Below, in pieces: positions 16,781 through 26,336 of a stretch of DNA of 64,000 nucleotides. Both the position numbers and the translations under genes were made by a program. A model generated the notes under the pieces. It was not told where the DNA came from. It did no database searches and saw nothing but the letters and a program-made list of their open reading frames with translations. The stretch covers positions 139,354 to 203,353 of the forward strand of contig BTVY01000004.1 of assembly GCA_045863335.1 (NCBI GenBank), read 5' to 3'. The DNA comes from Candidatus Hydrogenedentota bacterium. Its GTDB lineage: Bacteria > Hydrogenedentota > Hydrogenedentia > Hydrogenedentales > SLHB01. The first letter of the stretch is position 1; every line of letters starts with the position of its first letter.

Positions 16781-18838
16781 ATGCGAGCCAAGGTAGCACT
16801 TTATATTCTCCTGGTATTGAGCCTGTCGCTGGCGCACGGGGGTGAAATACGTGACGGTGTCTTGATCGTGGACAACAGGCCGTTCTACCCACTCGGCAGT
16901 TGGAATTTCACCACCACGACGCTGGAGGACATCGCGCTTCTCGGCATGAATACGAGCTTTCGGGGCGGTCCGGGAACCGAGGAAGCGGTCGAAGAGTTCC
17001 GAGGATTCATGCGCGAGTGCGATCGGCGGGGTATCCAGGTTGTGCCCTACCTTTCATACGGCGGCGCGGGCGTAACGCCTTGGGCGCCGGAAGCCGTGCG
17101 CGCCATCGCCAAACTGGCTTCAGAGCCCAATCTCCTCACGTGGTATGTGGGCGACGACATCACCATGCGCCATCTCGAAGGCATCCAACAAACCGTATCC
17201 ATTCTGCGTGAAGAGACTCCGACGGTTCCCACGGTGGCCGACTATATCGCCGATGAAACGCCCGAAGCGCAAACAACGTTCACGCAGTACGTTGACATCC
17301 GTTGCCAGTACACGTATCCGATTCCCGACGATCCCTACACAGAGTATCTCGCGTTCTTCGACAAACAGCGCGCCTTCGTCGGCGACCCTTTGTGGACCTG
17401 GGTGCAGAACTTCATGTGGGGCCACACGGGCCAGTTTCTTAGCGTGGGCGCGGAAGGCCCCGGGCCCATTCCCGATCCGGAGCAGGTGCGGTTGCTGGCT
17501 TTCGCCGCCATCAACCGGGGCGTGCGCGGACTGCTGTTCTTCGCTCACCACGAACTGCACCGCCTGCCGGAGCTGGCGGCCGAAGTGGCGTTGACCTGCC
17601 GCGAGATCCGGTTGTTCGAAGGCCACTTGGCGGCCGGGGAACCCACGTTCAATCTTCCCTGTTCCGACCCCGGCCTGAACGCCACAGCCTTCGCGTATGG
17701 CGGTTCGACGGTCATCTCGGCCGCGTTGTTCCGAGACCATTACCACCAGTACCTCGACGAAGGGATTATCGAGGACGTCACCATCACCTGTCCCTGGAGC
17801 GCCGAAACATTGCCCCGTGCAACGCTTGTCAACGTGCCCGATGTAGTCGCATGCGAGGTAAACCCAGGCGCGGAACCAGGAACGATTTCGATCCGCGTTC
17901 CGCGTCTGGAACTGGCGGGATTCATTCTCGTCGATCCGAAGGAAGAATCGATTGTGAGATTGGAGCAGCGACTCGAGTACATTCCCGAAGAGATGAAGAG
18001 CCTCATCGTGCCCGCAGCCGCGGCCCAGACGCGCAAGGTCTGCGGTGTGGTCTGGCAACTGGGACTCGACAACCTTTACGAATCGGAAACGGCGGTCATG
18101 GAAACGATGCGCACGCAGGAGCGTTGCGCGAGTGAAGTCGTGGATGGGGAGTACCTCGACGCCTTTCGCGCGTGGCGCAGTACGCTGCGGCACTGCCGGG
18201 GTCTGCTGGCCATGACGATGGCGTTTGCCGAGGAGCGGCGCGAGGCCATTCCCGCGAGCGTGCAGGATTACCTGGTCTCGCCCTATGGACTGCACAAGAT
18301 CCCCGGCCTGGGAGACGCGCCAGGCAATGATGAGCCGTGGCGGTTTACTCGCGAATGGCTCGTGACCGGCCCCTTCCCGCTGGAAGCAAACCTCGACGAC
18401 GAGCACGCCATGGCACCCGGATTTGAACGGGCTTATGCGCCGGAATCCGGCGACCTCAAGGCCACCTTCGACACGCTGGACGGTCCCCGATCCTGGCACG
18501 CCGCGGAGTGCGACGTGTCCGGGCTTCTCGATCTACGGCCCCTGTTCGATACGATCGACAACGTCGTCGCCTACGCCGCGTGCACGCTCAACGCCCCGCA
18601 AGACGGCGAAGCGAAACTGAGCATCGGCAGCAACGACGGCGCGCGCCTGTGGGTCAACGGCGATCTTGTCTACTCCGAACACGGCCCCCGTTCCGGCACG
18701 AAACACGATGCCGAAGTCACCGTTCCCGTGCGCCAGGGCGCCAACCCGATTCTCGTCAAAGTCGAGAACCTCGGCCGGAACTGGAAACTCTACCTCTCCG
18801 TTCACGACCCGGAACGGGCGTATACGTTCTCGCGGTAA
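16781..18838 (+). CDS. Secreted glycoside-hydrolase-like TIM-barrel protein with a C-terminal PA14-like domain
   Basis: Signal peptide; VDNRPFYPLG, PNLLTWYVGDD, GVRGLLFF; C-terminal WLVTGPF, GSNDGARLWVNG, GANPILVKV. Confidence 0.65.
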   Translation: MRAKVALYILLVLSLSLAHGGEIRDGVLIVDNRPFYPLGSWNFTTTTLEDIALLGMNTSFRGGPGTEEAVEEFRGFMRECDRRGIQVVPYLSYGGAGVTPWAPEAVRAIAKLASEPNLLTWYVGDDITMRHLEGIQQTVSILREETPTVPTVADYIADETPEAQTTFTQYVDIRCQYTYPIPDDPYTEYLAFFDKQRAFVGDPLWTWVQNFMWGHTGQFLSVGAEGPGPIPDPEQVRLLAFAAINRGVRGLLFFAHHELHRLPELAAEVALTCREIRLFEGHLAAGEPTFNLPCSDPGLNATAFAYGGSTVISAALFRDHYHQYLDEGIIEDVTITCPWSAETLPRATLVNVPDVVACEVNPGAEPGTISIRVPRLELAGFILVDPKEESIVRLEQRLEYIPEEMKSLIVPAAAAQTRKVCGVVWQLGLDNLYESETAVMETMRTQERCASEVVDGEYLDAFRAWRSTLRHCRGLLAMTMAFAEERREAIPASVQDYLVSPYGLHKIPGLGDAPGNDEPWRFTREWLVTGPFPLEANLDDEHAMAPGFERAYAPESGDLKATFDTLDGPRSWHAAECDVSGLLDLRPLFDTIDNVVAYAACTLNAPQDGEAKLSIGSNDGARLWVNGDLVYSEHGPRSGTKHDAEVTVPVRQGANPILVKVENLGRNWKLYLSVHDPERAYTFSR

Positions 18839-18843
18839 GCACG

Positions 18844-21735
18844 CTAGTTCGTTTCCAGTGCAATTTCCAGCGGAGTGGGTTCGCCGGGGACAACGAAAAC
18901 TTCTTGTTCGAACGTTGCGGCATCCGTTTGGTTTGGGAGGATAGCCCGCACCTGGACGACTGCCGCTCCGGAAGGAACGGAGGCGAATTCAAAATCACCA
19001 TTAACGCCGGTCTGCGCGCTGACACTTCGCATACCCAGGTCTCCCACGAGCGTGACGGTTGCTTCGGGAAGGGGATCTCCGATCAATGTAACGGTACCCA
19101 CCAGCGAACCGAATTCGAGAAGTACGATCTCCACGGGATGACCCGGTTCCTGCGATGAGGCGGCAACGACTCGATTTGCTCCGTAGTCGGGATGCGAGGC
19201 GAACAGATAAACATTCCCTGCAGAAAGGCCGTCCAGTACGAAGCGTCCGTCTGAACCGGTCTGCACCTCCGTCGTGGTCAAGTCCTTCTCGCCGGTCGCG
19301 GAGACGACCGCATGGGATACCGCCTGCCCTACGCTATCGCGAACCACCCCTTCCAGGCGATAGGCGTCCCGGCTGAGCACGACGACAATTCCGTCAACGG
19401 ACTGGCCGGGCTGAATTCGTCCAACAGCGGTGGCCTGTTGCGCGAACCCCGTTGCGCGGGCGACAAGAATCCTGGAGCCCGAGTCCGCCTCAATCTGGAA
19501 ACGGCCGAGGGAATCGTTCACCGAAAGGAACGTTGCGCCGGTCAGATTCACCCCGTCCTCCGGGCGTCGCCCTGGCACGACCGCGATCTGGAACTGTGTT
19601 ACGGGACGGCCGTCGCGTTCTTCGATTACGGTGCCGGAGATCGTCGGACGCGACTGCAGTACGACATCCACTCCCCGGCTTCCGGTCACAACGTCGTTGA
19701 CTGCCGCGCTTGCGAATTGCTCGTGAACGAAATCCAGCCGGTAGGTCTCTCCTGTCAGGCCGGACATCACGTAGGTTCCGTCCTCGCCCGTATAGGCGAC
19801 ATGGACGAGCGTATCATCGAGATTCTTACTGGCTGCGGTCACTTGGGTGCGGGCGATGGCTTCGCCCTCTTGGTCTGTAACCCTTCCGGAGATCTCCGTG
19901 AGCGGATCGGTCTCGTAAACCAAGCGGATTCCTGTCGCGTGTTGGCCCGGCGCGACCTGCACTGTCCCGGCGTGGCAAATGCCCTGGACGAGATGGAGAT
20001 CTTGTGCGCCGAGGATCAGATCGTAGCTGCCGGCGGCGAGTCCCGCGATCGTGAAGTGGCCATCCGGACCAGTCTCGCTGGAAAGTCGCCCCAGGGATTT
20101 CGCCATCGATGCATCCGCCAACTCCGCAAACACGACGCACTCGGCTGGCATGCCGGTGTTGTCCGTGACGATTCCTGCGATACTCGCGCCGGTTTCGATC
20201 GACAGCACGATTTCGATCCCGGACAGCCCTTCCGCAGGAACGGGGAACGGGCCAATCTCCGGCGCGAGGGTCTCGGAGGTCTTGGCGGATAGGTAGACTT
20301 CATCCCCCGTGGAAACGCCCGCAATGGTGAACGCGCCCGATCGGTTTGTGGTGCTCCCTCGCGGGCCGCCGAGGTTGGGCACACGCGCAAAAACCTGCGC
20401 CCCGGCAACTCCCGCGCCAGCGCCGTCGACAACCGTTCCGCTCACGGTAATGCTGCGCTTGAGCGGAAAGTCGACGACGGCCAAGTCCGCGTCCGGCGCG
20501 AGAACAACGTTCTGATACGTGATTCCCGATGTGTATTGGACCGGCAGTTCCGTCACGGCCAATCGAACCGCGCCGTAGTGGACGTTGGCAATCTGATAGC
20601 CGCCCGATTTGTCCGTCGCTGCAGATTCACGTTTCCTCCCCGGCCGATCGGAAGGAAAGGCGAGGACGATTGCTCCCGCAATGGCTTGCGACGAGTCTGC
20701 GTCGAAGACACGTCCTTCGACCGAGACACCGGAGCTCACGAGGACTTCGATTTCCGAATGCGCCGGATCGGCGGCCGATAACTGGAACTCAACCGGCTTC
20801 TCGAGTACGAGGACGTCGTCATCCAGGTAGGCGCTGTAGGAACCCGGCGCTAGACCGGTAAAGTCGAAGCCGCCCGCATCGCCGGTTCGTGCAAACCAAT
20901 CATTGAAAATGCCGTCTTTGTGGCGTACCCCAACCACCACGCCCGGTACTGGGGACCGGTCGGAGGCATGGACCACGGTTCCGGACACGCTTCCACCAAA
21001 AGCCAGCTGCACCACGGCGCTGTCGGTCCCCGTCTCGATCGGGTCCGTCACGACTGGCGCAAACCCGGCCGCGCTGATACGGAAGCGCCAGAACCGTCCG
21101 TCCAGGAGATCGAATGCGAACCGTCCCTCGGCGCTGCTGTGGACCGCCAATGCGGCGCCCCGAGCGCCCAACTCGTCCCCATCGCGTGCGTAAGGAACGA
21201 CTTCCGCGCCCGGTACCGGTTTCCCCTCCGGATCATCAATACGGCCGGCGAGTGGCTTCCCAGACTGGAGGATAATGCGAACCTGGGCAACCGGTTCGGT
21301 CGGCGTCAACCGCACGGTGAAGGAGCCAATTGCCGCCGTCGAGCGGGCGACGAGATCGCACATTCCAGCCGGAAGATCGGCAATTTCAAACTGGCCCAGT
21401 TCATCGGTTTGCGTGGCAACATGATCGACCAGGACATTCCCGTCCCGCACTCTGGCCAGGACGGAAACGCTTGCCGCAGGTCCAGTAGCCGACAAGACAA
21501 GTCCGGTAACCGAGCAGCCCGAATTCGAGCTATCGAGTACGGGCTGCACCTCCGGGGCGGGATCACGGGGAGCGTAGGGCTCGGGTACGGTAGTCACGCG
21601 GAGATCAGGCCGTGAAAGATTCTCCACGCTCTCACCGCCCGGACGGTCCGGGGCGCCGCTCCTGAACAGAATCGTGGCTACCACGGCCGCCAGCAAGGCC
21701 CCGAGTAGCCCCAGCAGCAAAAGTCGAACTTTCAT
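18844..21735 (-). CDS. Membrane-anchored protein of tandem carboxypeptidase-regulatory-like (prealbumin-fold) repeats
   Basis: N-terminal TM and Pro-rich linker; about 8-9 repeats of G.V.D..G.PV.GA.V...T...G.F...GL..G.Y. Confidence 0.85.
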   Translation of the reverse strand: MKVRLLLLGLLGALLAAVVATILFRSGAPDRPGGESVENLSRPDLRVTTVPEPYAPRDPAPEVQPVLDSSNSGCSVTGLVLSATGPAASVSVLARVRDGNVLVDHVATQTDELGQFEIADLPAGMCDLVARSTAAIGSFTVRLTPTEPVAQVRIILQSGKPLAGRIDDPEGKPVPGAEVVPYARDGDELGARGAALAVHSSAEGRFAFDLLDGRFWRFRISAAGFAPVVTDPIETGTDSAVVQLAFGGSVSGTVVHASDRSPVPGVVVGVRHKDGIFNDWFARTGDAGGFDFTGLAPGSYSAYLDDDVLVLEKPVEFQLSAADPAHSEIEVLVSSGVSVEGRVFDADSSQAIAGAIVLAFPSDRPGRKRESAATDKSGGYQIANVHYGAVRLAVTELPVQYTSGITYQNVVLAPDADLAVVDFPLKRSITVSGTVVDGAGAGVAGAQVFARVPNLGGPRGSTTNRSGAFTIAGVSTGDEVYLSAKTSETLAPEIGPFPVPAEGLSGIEIVLSIETGASIAGIVTDNTGMPAECVVFAELADASMAKSLGRLSSETGPDGHFTIAGLAAGSYDLILGAQDLHLVQGICHAGTVQVAPGQHATGIRLVYETDPLTEISGRVTDQEGEAIARTQVTAASKNLDDTLVHVAYTGEDGTYVMSGLTGETYRLDFVHEQFASAAVNDVVTGSRGVDVVLQSRPTISGTVIEERDGRPVTQFQIAVVPGRRPEDGVNLTGATFLSVNDSLGRFQIEADSGSRILVARATGFAQQATAVGRIQPGQSVDGIVVVLSRDAYRLEGVVRDSVGQAVSHAVVSATGEKDLTTTEVQTGSDGRFVLDGLSAGNVYLFASHPDYGANRVVAASSQEPGHPVEIVLLEFGSLVGTVTLIGDPLPEATVTLVGDLGMRSVSAQTGVNGDFEFASVPSGAAVVQVRAILPNQTDAATFEQEVFVVPGEPTPLEIALETN

Positions 21736-21787
21736 TCAACGCCACCCGTTCGATGTTGTTGAGGCCGACTTGCGTTCGATACTTTGC

Positions 21788-21817
21788 AGTTTAGCAGGGA
21801 AGTCTATGGGGTGGCAA
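21788..21817 (-). promoter_or_regulatory. Putative sigma70 promoter for the CarboxypepD-repeat gene
   Basis: Minus strand TTGCCA-N18-TAAACT with extended TGn. Confidence 0.4.
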
Positions 21818-21862
21818 TAGGGACGGCTCCGTCCCGGAGAAGGTAAATATTTGGAAAACTCA

Positions 21863-21891
21863 TTGACGAACTAATCCAGTTATGCAATACT
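21863..21891 (+). promoter_or_regulatory. Putative sigma70 promoter for the Cys-rich cassette
   Basis: TTGACG-N17-AATACT with TG at the extended -10 position. Confidence 0.55.
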
Positions 21892-21942
21892 GATGTGCGG
21901 AGAAGTAAACTGTATGGTTCGAGCAACGAAGGGGGTTCGCTT

Positions 21943-22386
21943 ATGGACGCGCAGCGATGTTTAGCGATTCTCATTGTTGGAGTTGGGGCATACTGCCTGT
22001 TGGTGCCTCAAGTTACCGATGCCGCCTGTTTGATATCGGAGCAGTCAGCATGCGCTACGGCTTGGACCTGCGAGGAAGAGTGTGAATACGGGAATCGATG
22101 TTACTCGACGCGGGTGATTGGATTTGTGTTTCCCGGATATACGAAATGCCGGTCCGTGCAGGGATCGGAAACAGGTCATCAAGACCCGTGCATCAACAGT
22201 GCTGAACCGGGGAATTGCTACCAATGGTATAACTGTGAAAAATACTTGAAATGTACTAATCCTTTGGCAGACTGCGGGGATGAATGTGAGATAAGCACTT
22301 ACTACCAATGCGGGTATGGAGGCCTAGGCAGCGTACACATTAGGTACTCGGAAATCGAAGACTACTCCAAGCCAGCGTGCCCATGA
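21943..22386 (+). CDS. Small secreted cysteine-rich protein (14 Cys after the predicted signal cleavage)
   Basis: Signal-like MDAQRCLAILIVGVGAYCLLVPQVTDA; promoter upstream; ATGA coupling to the next gene. Confidence 0.75.
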   Translation: MDAQRCLAILIVGVGAYCLLVPQVTDAACLISEQSACATAWTCEEECEYGNRCYSTRVIGFVFPGYTKCRSVQGSETGHQDPCINSAEPGNCYQWYNCEKYLKCTNPLADCGDECEISTYYQCGYGGLGSVHIRYSEIEDYSKPACP

Positions 22387-23420
22387 CGGTCGTTCGAGAA
22401 CTTGGATGGGGGCGGAGGTATTGGCGTTCGGCGTTGGTTGTGTGCGTTCTGGCCGTCACGATTTGTCTTGCCGGTAACGCAGATCCGATCGATCCCCTTA
22501 TCGCAAATCTTGTTGCGGAACAGGAAAAATCCTTGTCGCAACTGCGGCGTTTCGAGGTTACCCTCGAGTTATATATTTGGTTCGAAAGCGGCGATCTAAC
22601 CGTAGAGCACGTTGGGGAGATCAATCAGAAGCACGCGCCGGATCGCATGCGCGTCGACGTTATCCGGCAGACGACCGAAAGAGATAGGAACGGAAACACG
22701 AAAAGCGCCATGGATACTTCGGCCCGTTTCGTGGTCGGTGACGGGTACGCGCTTTACTGGATGCGCAACTCAAAAATCGCTCAAATATGGGAGTACAGGG
22801 AGGTGTCGGAACTGCCTCACCCGGCCCGGTTGATCCGCCGTATCGACATGGAAGGCGACTACATCCACTGTTTCGGGTTTGGAACCATGGATTTTGAGTT
22901 CAAGCAGTTGCTCGACCCGGATTTCACAGAGAGCTTTCGCTATGAGGTTGAGCAGGTTTCGGGCGGCAAATATGACATCAAGCTGTATCTGCGAGACGGC
23001 GTCGGACCCGAGGTCAGTCATCCAGTCCAGACAGCAATTGTTGATCCGGCCCAGGGGTGTCTGGTGGTGCATAGCTTGATGCTGGATCCGGATGGCCGGC
23101 CATACCGGCAAATCGATGTCCAGGGTGAGGAAATCGCGCCCGGGGTTTGGTTTCCTATTCGAGCCCGTCTGCAAATGTTCTCCGATGACGATGGCGACCA
23201 GGGAGGTGGCGCTCGCTTGGTCACGCTACGGGAGTACAAGGTGCGGTCCGTAGGAATTGTCGATAGCTTTGAACCAGACACCTTTACCTGGAAGAGTCTG
23301 GCGTTTCCCGCTGGAATGACGCTGTATCGTACGGACGTTCTAGGCGAGCAGCGCGCCTTAGTCGTCGAGAACGGAGAACTTGTACCCAAGGATCTCACGC
23401 GTGAAAGACGTGAACGGTAG
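22383..23420 (+). CDS. Secreted hypothetical protein, LolA/lipoprotein-sorting-like beta fold
   Basis: Signal peptide ending GNA; pattern IVDPAQGCLV...EIAPGVWFP...PDTF...FPAG. Confidence 0.65.
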   Translation: MTVVRELGWGRRYWRSALVVCVLAVTICLAGNADPIDPLIANLVAEQEKSLSQLRRFEVTLELYIWFESGDLTVEHVGEINQKHAPDRMRVDVIRQTTERDRNGNTKSAMDTSARFVVGDGYALYWMRNSKIAQIWEYREVSELPHPARLIRRIDMEGDYIHCFGFGTMDFEFKQLLDPDFTESFRYEVEQVSGGKYDIKLYLRDGVGPEVSHPVQTAIVDPAQGCLVVHSLMLDPDGRPYRQIDVQGEEIAPGVWFPIRARLQMFSDDDGDQGGGARLVTLREYKVRSVGIVDSFEPDTFTWKSLAFPAGMTLYRTDVLGEQRALVVENGELVPKDLTRERRER

Positions 23421-24495
23421 CCGCTTGCGTGACGGCATTGCGCGACGATTCTACCGTGGCCTTTGCGCAAGAACGTCGTCTAGGCGGGTTCTGTGGCGAT
23501 CGGCAGTAGCTGTTCTGGTTCTCGCCGTGGTGGGTTGTACGTCTGCTGATAGGCCGAATCCGGAAGACTTGGTTTTCGACTTCGGGTTTGCCCGGCAAGG
23601 TGACGCCGTGTCGCACGTGTTTCACGTGGCAAATCCCACGAGTATCCCCCGGTTGATTACCCGAGTTGCCACCACCTGCAACTGCACGGTGGCGAATCTG
23701 CGGGAGGGATCGTCGATACCGCCGACTGGCGTGTTGGATGTTCCTGTCGAAGTGGATCTGTCCGGGAAGACCGGAATTGTAAGTAGCAGTGTCACGCTGT
23801 TCTTTGAAGGCGAAGAAGAGCCGACTCGTCTCTTGATAAAGGGTCAAGTGCCTTACGAGTACCCTGCCGTGGTTGACTTCGGACGCGTTTTAAGAGGTTC
23901 AAAGAACTGTACACAGTCCCTGCGGATGGCAACCTATCCTGGGCAGCCGCCTATCGACATCGTAAAGGTTCGGCGTAAGGACCCGGGACTTGCGTACGCC
24001 TACCACCGAGTGTCAGGCGATCCAGACGTGCTCATTCTGGAGCTTACCGTAACGGACAAGATGGATTATGGCCGTTTTGATTTCCCTGTAGTGTGGGTTA
24101 CGAACGATTCTGGGGCACCAGACAAGCAAATGCAGATAACGGGTTTTGTTGTACCGCCAGTCGAGGTCTTGCCTAAAGAAATCAACTTTGGTTTTGTCCG
24201 TACTGACAACGACTTGAGCCCTCATGAAATCGTGGTTTCATCTACGTATGGTACAGAGATAGCCGATCTCAAGATTGAAGCGACTCGAGACGATTGTTTC
24301 GATTGGTCGATATCCAGTGCTGATTCCCACTCGGCCAAGATTCAGGTCAAGTTAAGGGAAGAATTACCTTCAGAGTTGCCCGCAGGTATTGTAAAAGGCG
24401 ACTTGCGAGTTCATTGCGAATTGGAGGGTCAAGAACACGAAGCGCGAGTTGAGTTGTATGCCGTGATTCCGGAAACCACGAACGAACTCAAATGA
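23410..24495 (+). CDS. DUF1573 (Ig-like, CxC) domain lipoprotein
   Basis: Lipobox VVGC; FDFG...HVFHVANP...RVATTCNCT; two further Ig-like repeats (VDFG, INFG). Confidence 0.8.
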   Translation: MNGSRLRDGIARRFYRGLCARTSSRRVLWRSAVAVLVLAVVGCTSADRPNPEDLVFDFGFARQGDAVSHVFHVANPTSIPRLITRVATTCNCTVANLREGSSIPPTGVLDVPVEVDLSGKTGIVSSSVTLFFEGEEEPTRLLIKGQVPYEYPAVVDFGRVLRGSKNCTQSLRMATYPGQPPIDIVKVRRKDPGLAYAYHRVSGDPDVLILELTVTDKMDYGRFDFPVVWVTNDSGAPDKQMQITGFVVPPVEVLPKEINFGFVRTDNDLSPHEIVVSSTYGTEIADLKIEATRDDCFDWSISSADSHSAKIQVKLREELPSELPAGIVKGDLRVHCELEGQEHEARVELYAVIPETTNELK

Positions 24496-24621
24496 AACCG
24501 CCCTTGAATCCCGTGTGAGGTCCACGATTAGTGATTTCATTCACAACCGCCAAATGCCTCTGTTCAAGACACCCCTTGATCCAGGTTCTTCCTCGTGCGC
24601 CCGATTAGCGCGCTCATGCCC

Positions 24622-26142
24622 TTACGTGCGGCCGGAGATGTGGGATTTTACCGTACGCCGATCGAGTCCCAACTGTTTTGCGGCGGCACTGTAGGATCCG
24701 GTCTTCTCATATACGCGACGACAGTAGATCCCGAGTAGTTCTTCGGCAGTCAGACGACAAGCAAGAAGTTCATCGAGCACAATATCCCTGTTCGCGTCGA
24801 TGAACGGTGTCGGGACATAGGACTTGCGCACCATGATGTTTCGCACGCACTGCTCCAGTTCGCGCACGTTGCCCGGCCAGGGATAGTCTGCGGGCAGGTG
24901 ATCCCAAATCCATACGTCGGTTTCTTCGGCAAGGGCCTTTGCTTCGGGCTCGCCGGCGACCCGCTGCGCGACGTGTCGGATCAGGTTGCGCAATTGTTCC
25001 CGTGATTCCGCGATCTGCTCCCGGAGCGAGGGTGTCCGGATGGTATCGGAGCAGAGCCGGTAATACAGGTCTTCGCGAAAGCGGCCGCTGCGGACGGCCT
25101 CGGTGAGGTCGCGGTTGGTCGCGGCAACGATCTTGCCTCGGAAGGGGCGGCTCTTGGTTTCGCCGACGCGCCGGAAGGTGCGGTCCTGAACGACGCGGAG
25201 CAGCTTGACCTGGATGAAGGGATCGAGTTCGCCCAGTTCATCGAGAAAGACGGTCCCGTGGTCGTGGCAGATCTCAAAGTACCCGGCGCGGTCGGCCATG
25301 GCCCCGGTGAAGGCGCCTTTCACGTGGCCGAATAGTTCTGATTCGATAAGCGTGGGGGACAGTTCAGACAGGTTCACGGGGTGGTAGGCCCGAATGAAGT
25401 CTTCCGCGGGACGTTTGCGCCGCGCGTCAAAGGGGATGTATCCGGAGTACGCGATAGCTTTTGCGACCAGTTCCTTGCCCGTACCGGAGGGTCCCGTGAT
25501 CAACGTGGTCACGTCGTTCATGCGCGAGTAGAGCGTGCGCCGGTACCGCGCCATGTCGCAGGTGAAAATCGATTGCCACGTTGCGGCGCGGAGTTGGGCC
25601 GATGCCGTGGACCCGCCGATGATGTTGTCGAAGATGTGGTGAAAGGCCCGGCGCAACTGAAAGAAACAGGCGAACAGATGTTCCCGTTCTGCCAAACCTG
25701 GAAAGGTGTAACCCCGGATATTCAGGTAGTGGGCCATGTCCGCGCAGAACGCGTCGTAGCATTCGATCGGCGCGGGTTCGTTCGCGTTGGCGACTAAGGC
25801 GGATTCGATGTACTCGCGGAGTTTGGATTCGTAGCGGTTGTATAGGAGATACAGTACCACGCTCTCGTACAGGGCGATCTCGCGGGCGCCCGCGGACTCG
25901 CCCCGTTGGAGACTCTCCCGCGCCCGGTTGGCGATCTCTTCAGCCACGTTCGTAATGCGCGCGATGTTCGGACGAACTGCCGCCTCGCCCGCTTCCCGAT
26001 GCCAGGCCGTGCCGCTGGAGACGAAGGCGCCGCCCAGCACCTCCCGCTCCAACTCGATTCGTTCCTGCGAAAAGGGGTTGCAATGGTTCAAACGGGCCAA
26101 GGCTTCCACGCGGCGGATCGAACCCTGGTCGAAGAGCACCAT
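24622..26142 (-). CDS. Sigma54-dependent enhancer-binding protein with an uncharacterised N-terminal domain
   Basis: GPSGTGKE, ESELFGHVKGAFTGA, FLDELGE, WPGNVREL, C-terminal HTH; GGAGGT RBS before MVLFDQ. Confidence 0.92.
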   Translation of the reverse strand: MVLFDQGSIRRVEALARLNHCNPFSQERIELEREVLGGAFVSSGTAWHREAGEAAVRPNIARITNVAEEIANRARESLQRGESAGAREIALYESVVLYLLYNRYESKLREYIESALVANANEPAPIECYDAFCADMAHYLNIRGYTFPGLAEREHLFACFFQLRRAFHHIFDNIIGGSTASAQLRAATWQSIFTCDMARYRRTLYSRMNDVTTLITGPSGTGKELVAKAIAYSGYIPFDARRKRPAEDFIRAYHPVNLSELSPTLIESELFGHVKGAFTGAMADRAGYFEICHDHGTVFLDELGELDPFIQVKLLRVVQDRTFRRVGETKSRPFRGKIVAATNRDLTEAVRSGRFREDLYYRLCSDTIRTPSLREQIAESREQLRNLIRHVAQRVAGEPEAKALAEETDVWIWDHLPADYPWPGNVRELEQCVRNIMVRKSYVPTPFIDANRDIVLDELLACRLTAEELLGIYCRRVYEKTGSYSAAAKQLGLDRRTVKSHISGRT

Positions 26143-26268
26143 GGTCAGCACCTCCAGATACATAAAATGTACAGGAAGTGCTCGAACTTTGTCCAGGCGC
26201 AGATGTAGCCACCGACCTCGGATGTAGTTAAATCGTTATATTGCAATCGTCAAGGTCAAGTCACCGGA

Positions 26269-26284
26269 TGGCACGGGCAATGCT
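26269..26284 (+). promoter_or_regulatory. Sigma54 -24/-12 promoter
   Basis: TGGCACGGGCAATGCT (GG-N10-GC), divergent from the activator gene. Confidence 0.7.
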
Positions 26285-26336
26285 CTTGGTAAATCGTTGC
26301 TGAAACGAATCAACGCGTGATTTGGGGATGGACATC

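Noticed and set aside
21943-22386. Cys-rich protein as a cytochrome, ferredoxin or radical-SAM RiPP precursor
   Set aside because: No CxxCH or CxxCxxC motif, it has a Sec-type signal, and no modifying enzyme is adjacent.
24529-24546. Rex-box-like TAGTGATTTCATTCACAA
   Set aside because: Two mismatches to consensus and located between two gene 3' ends, so it has no obvious promoter to control.
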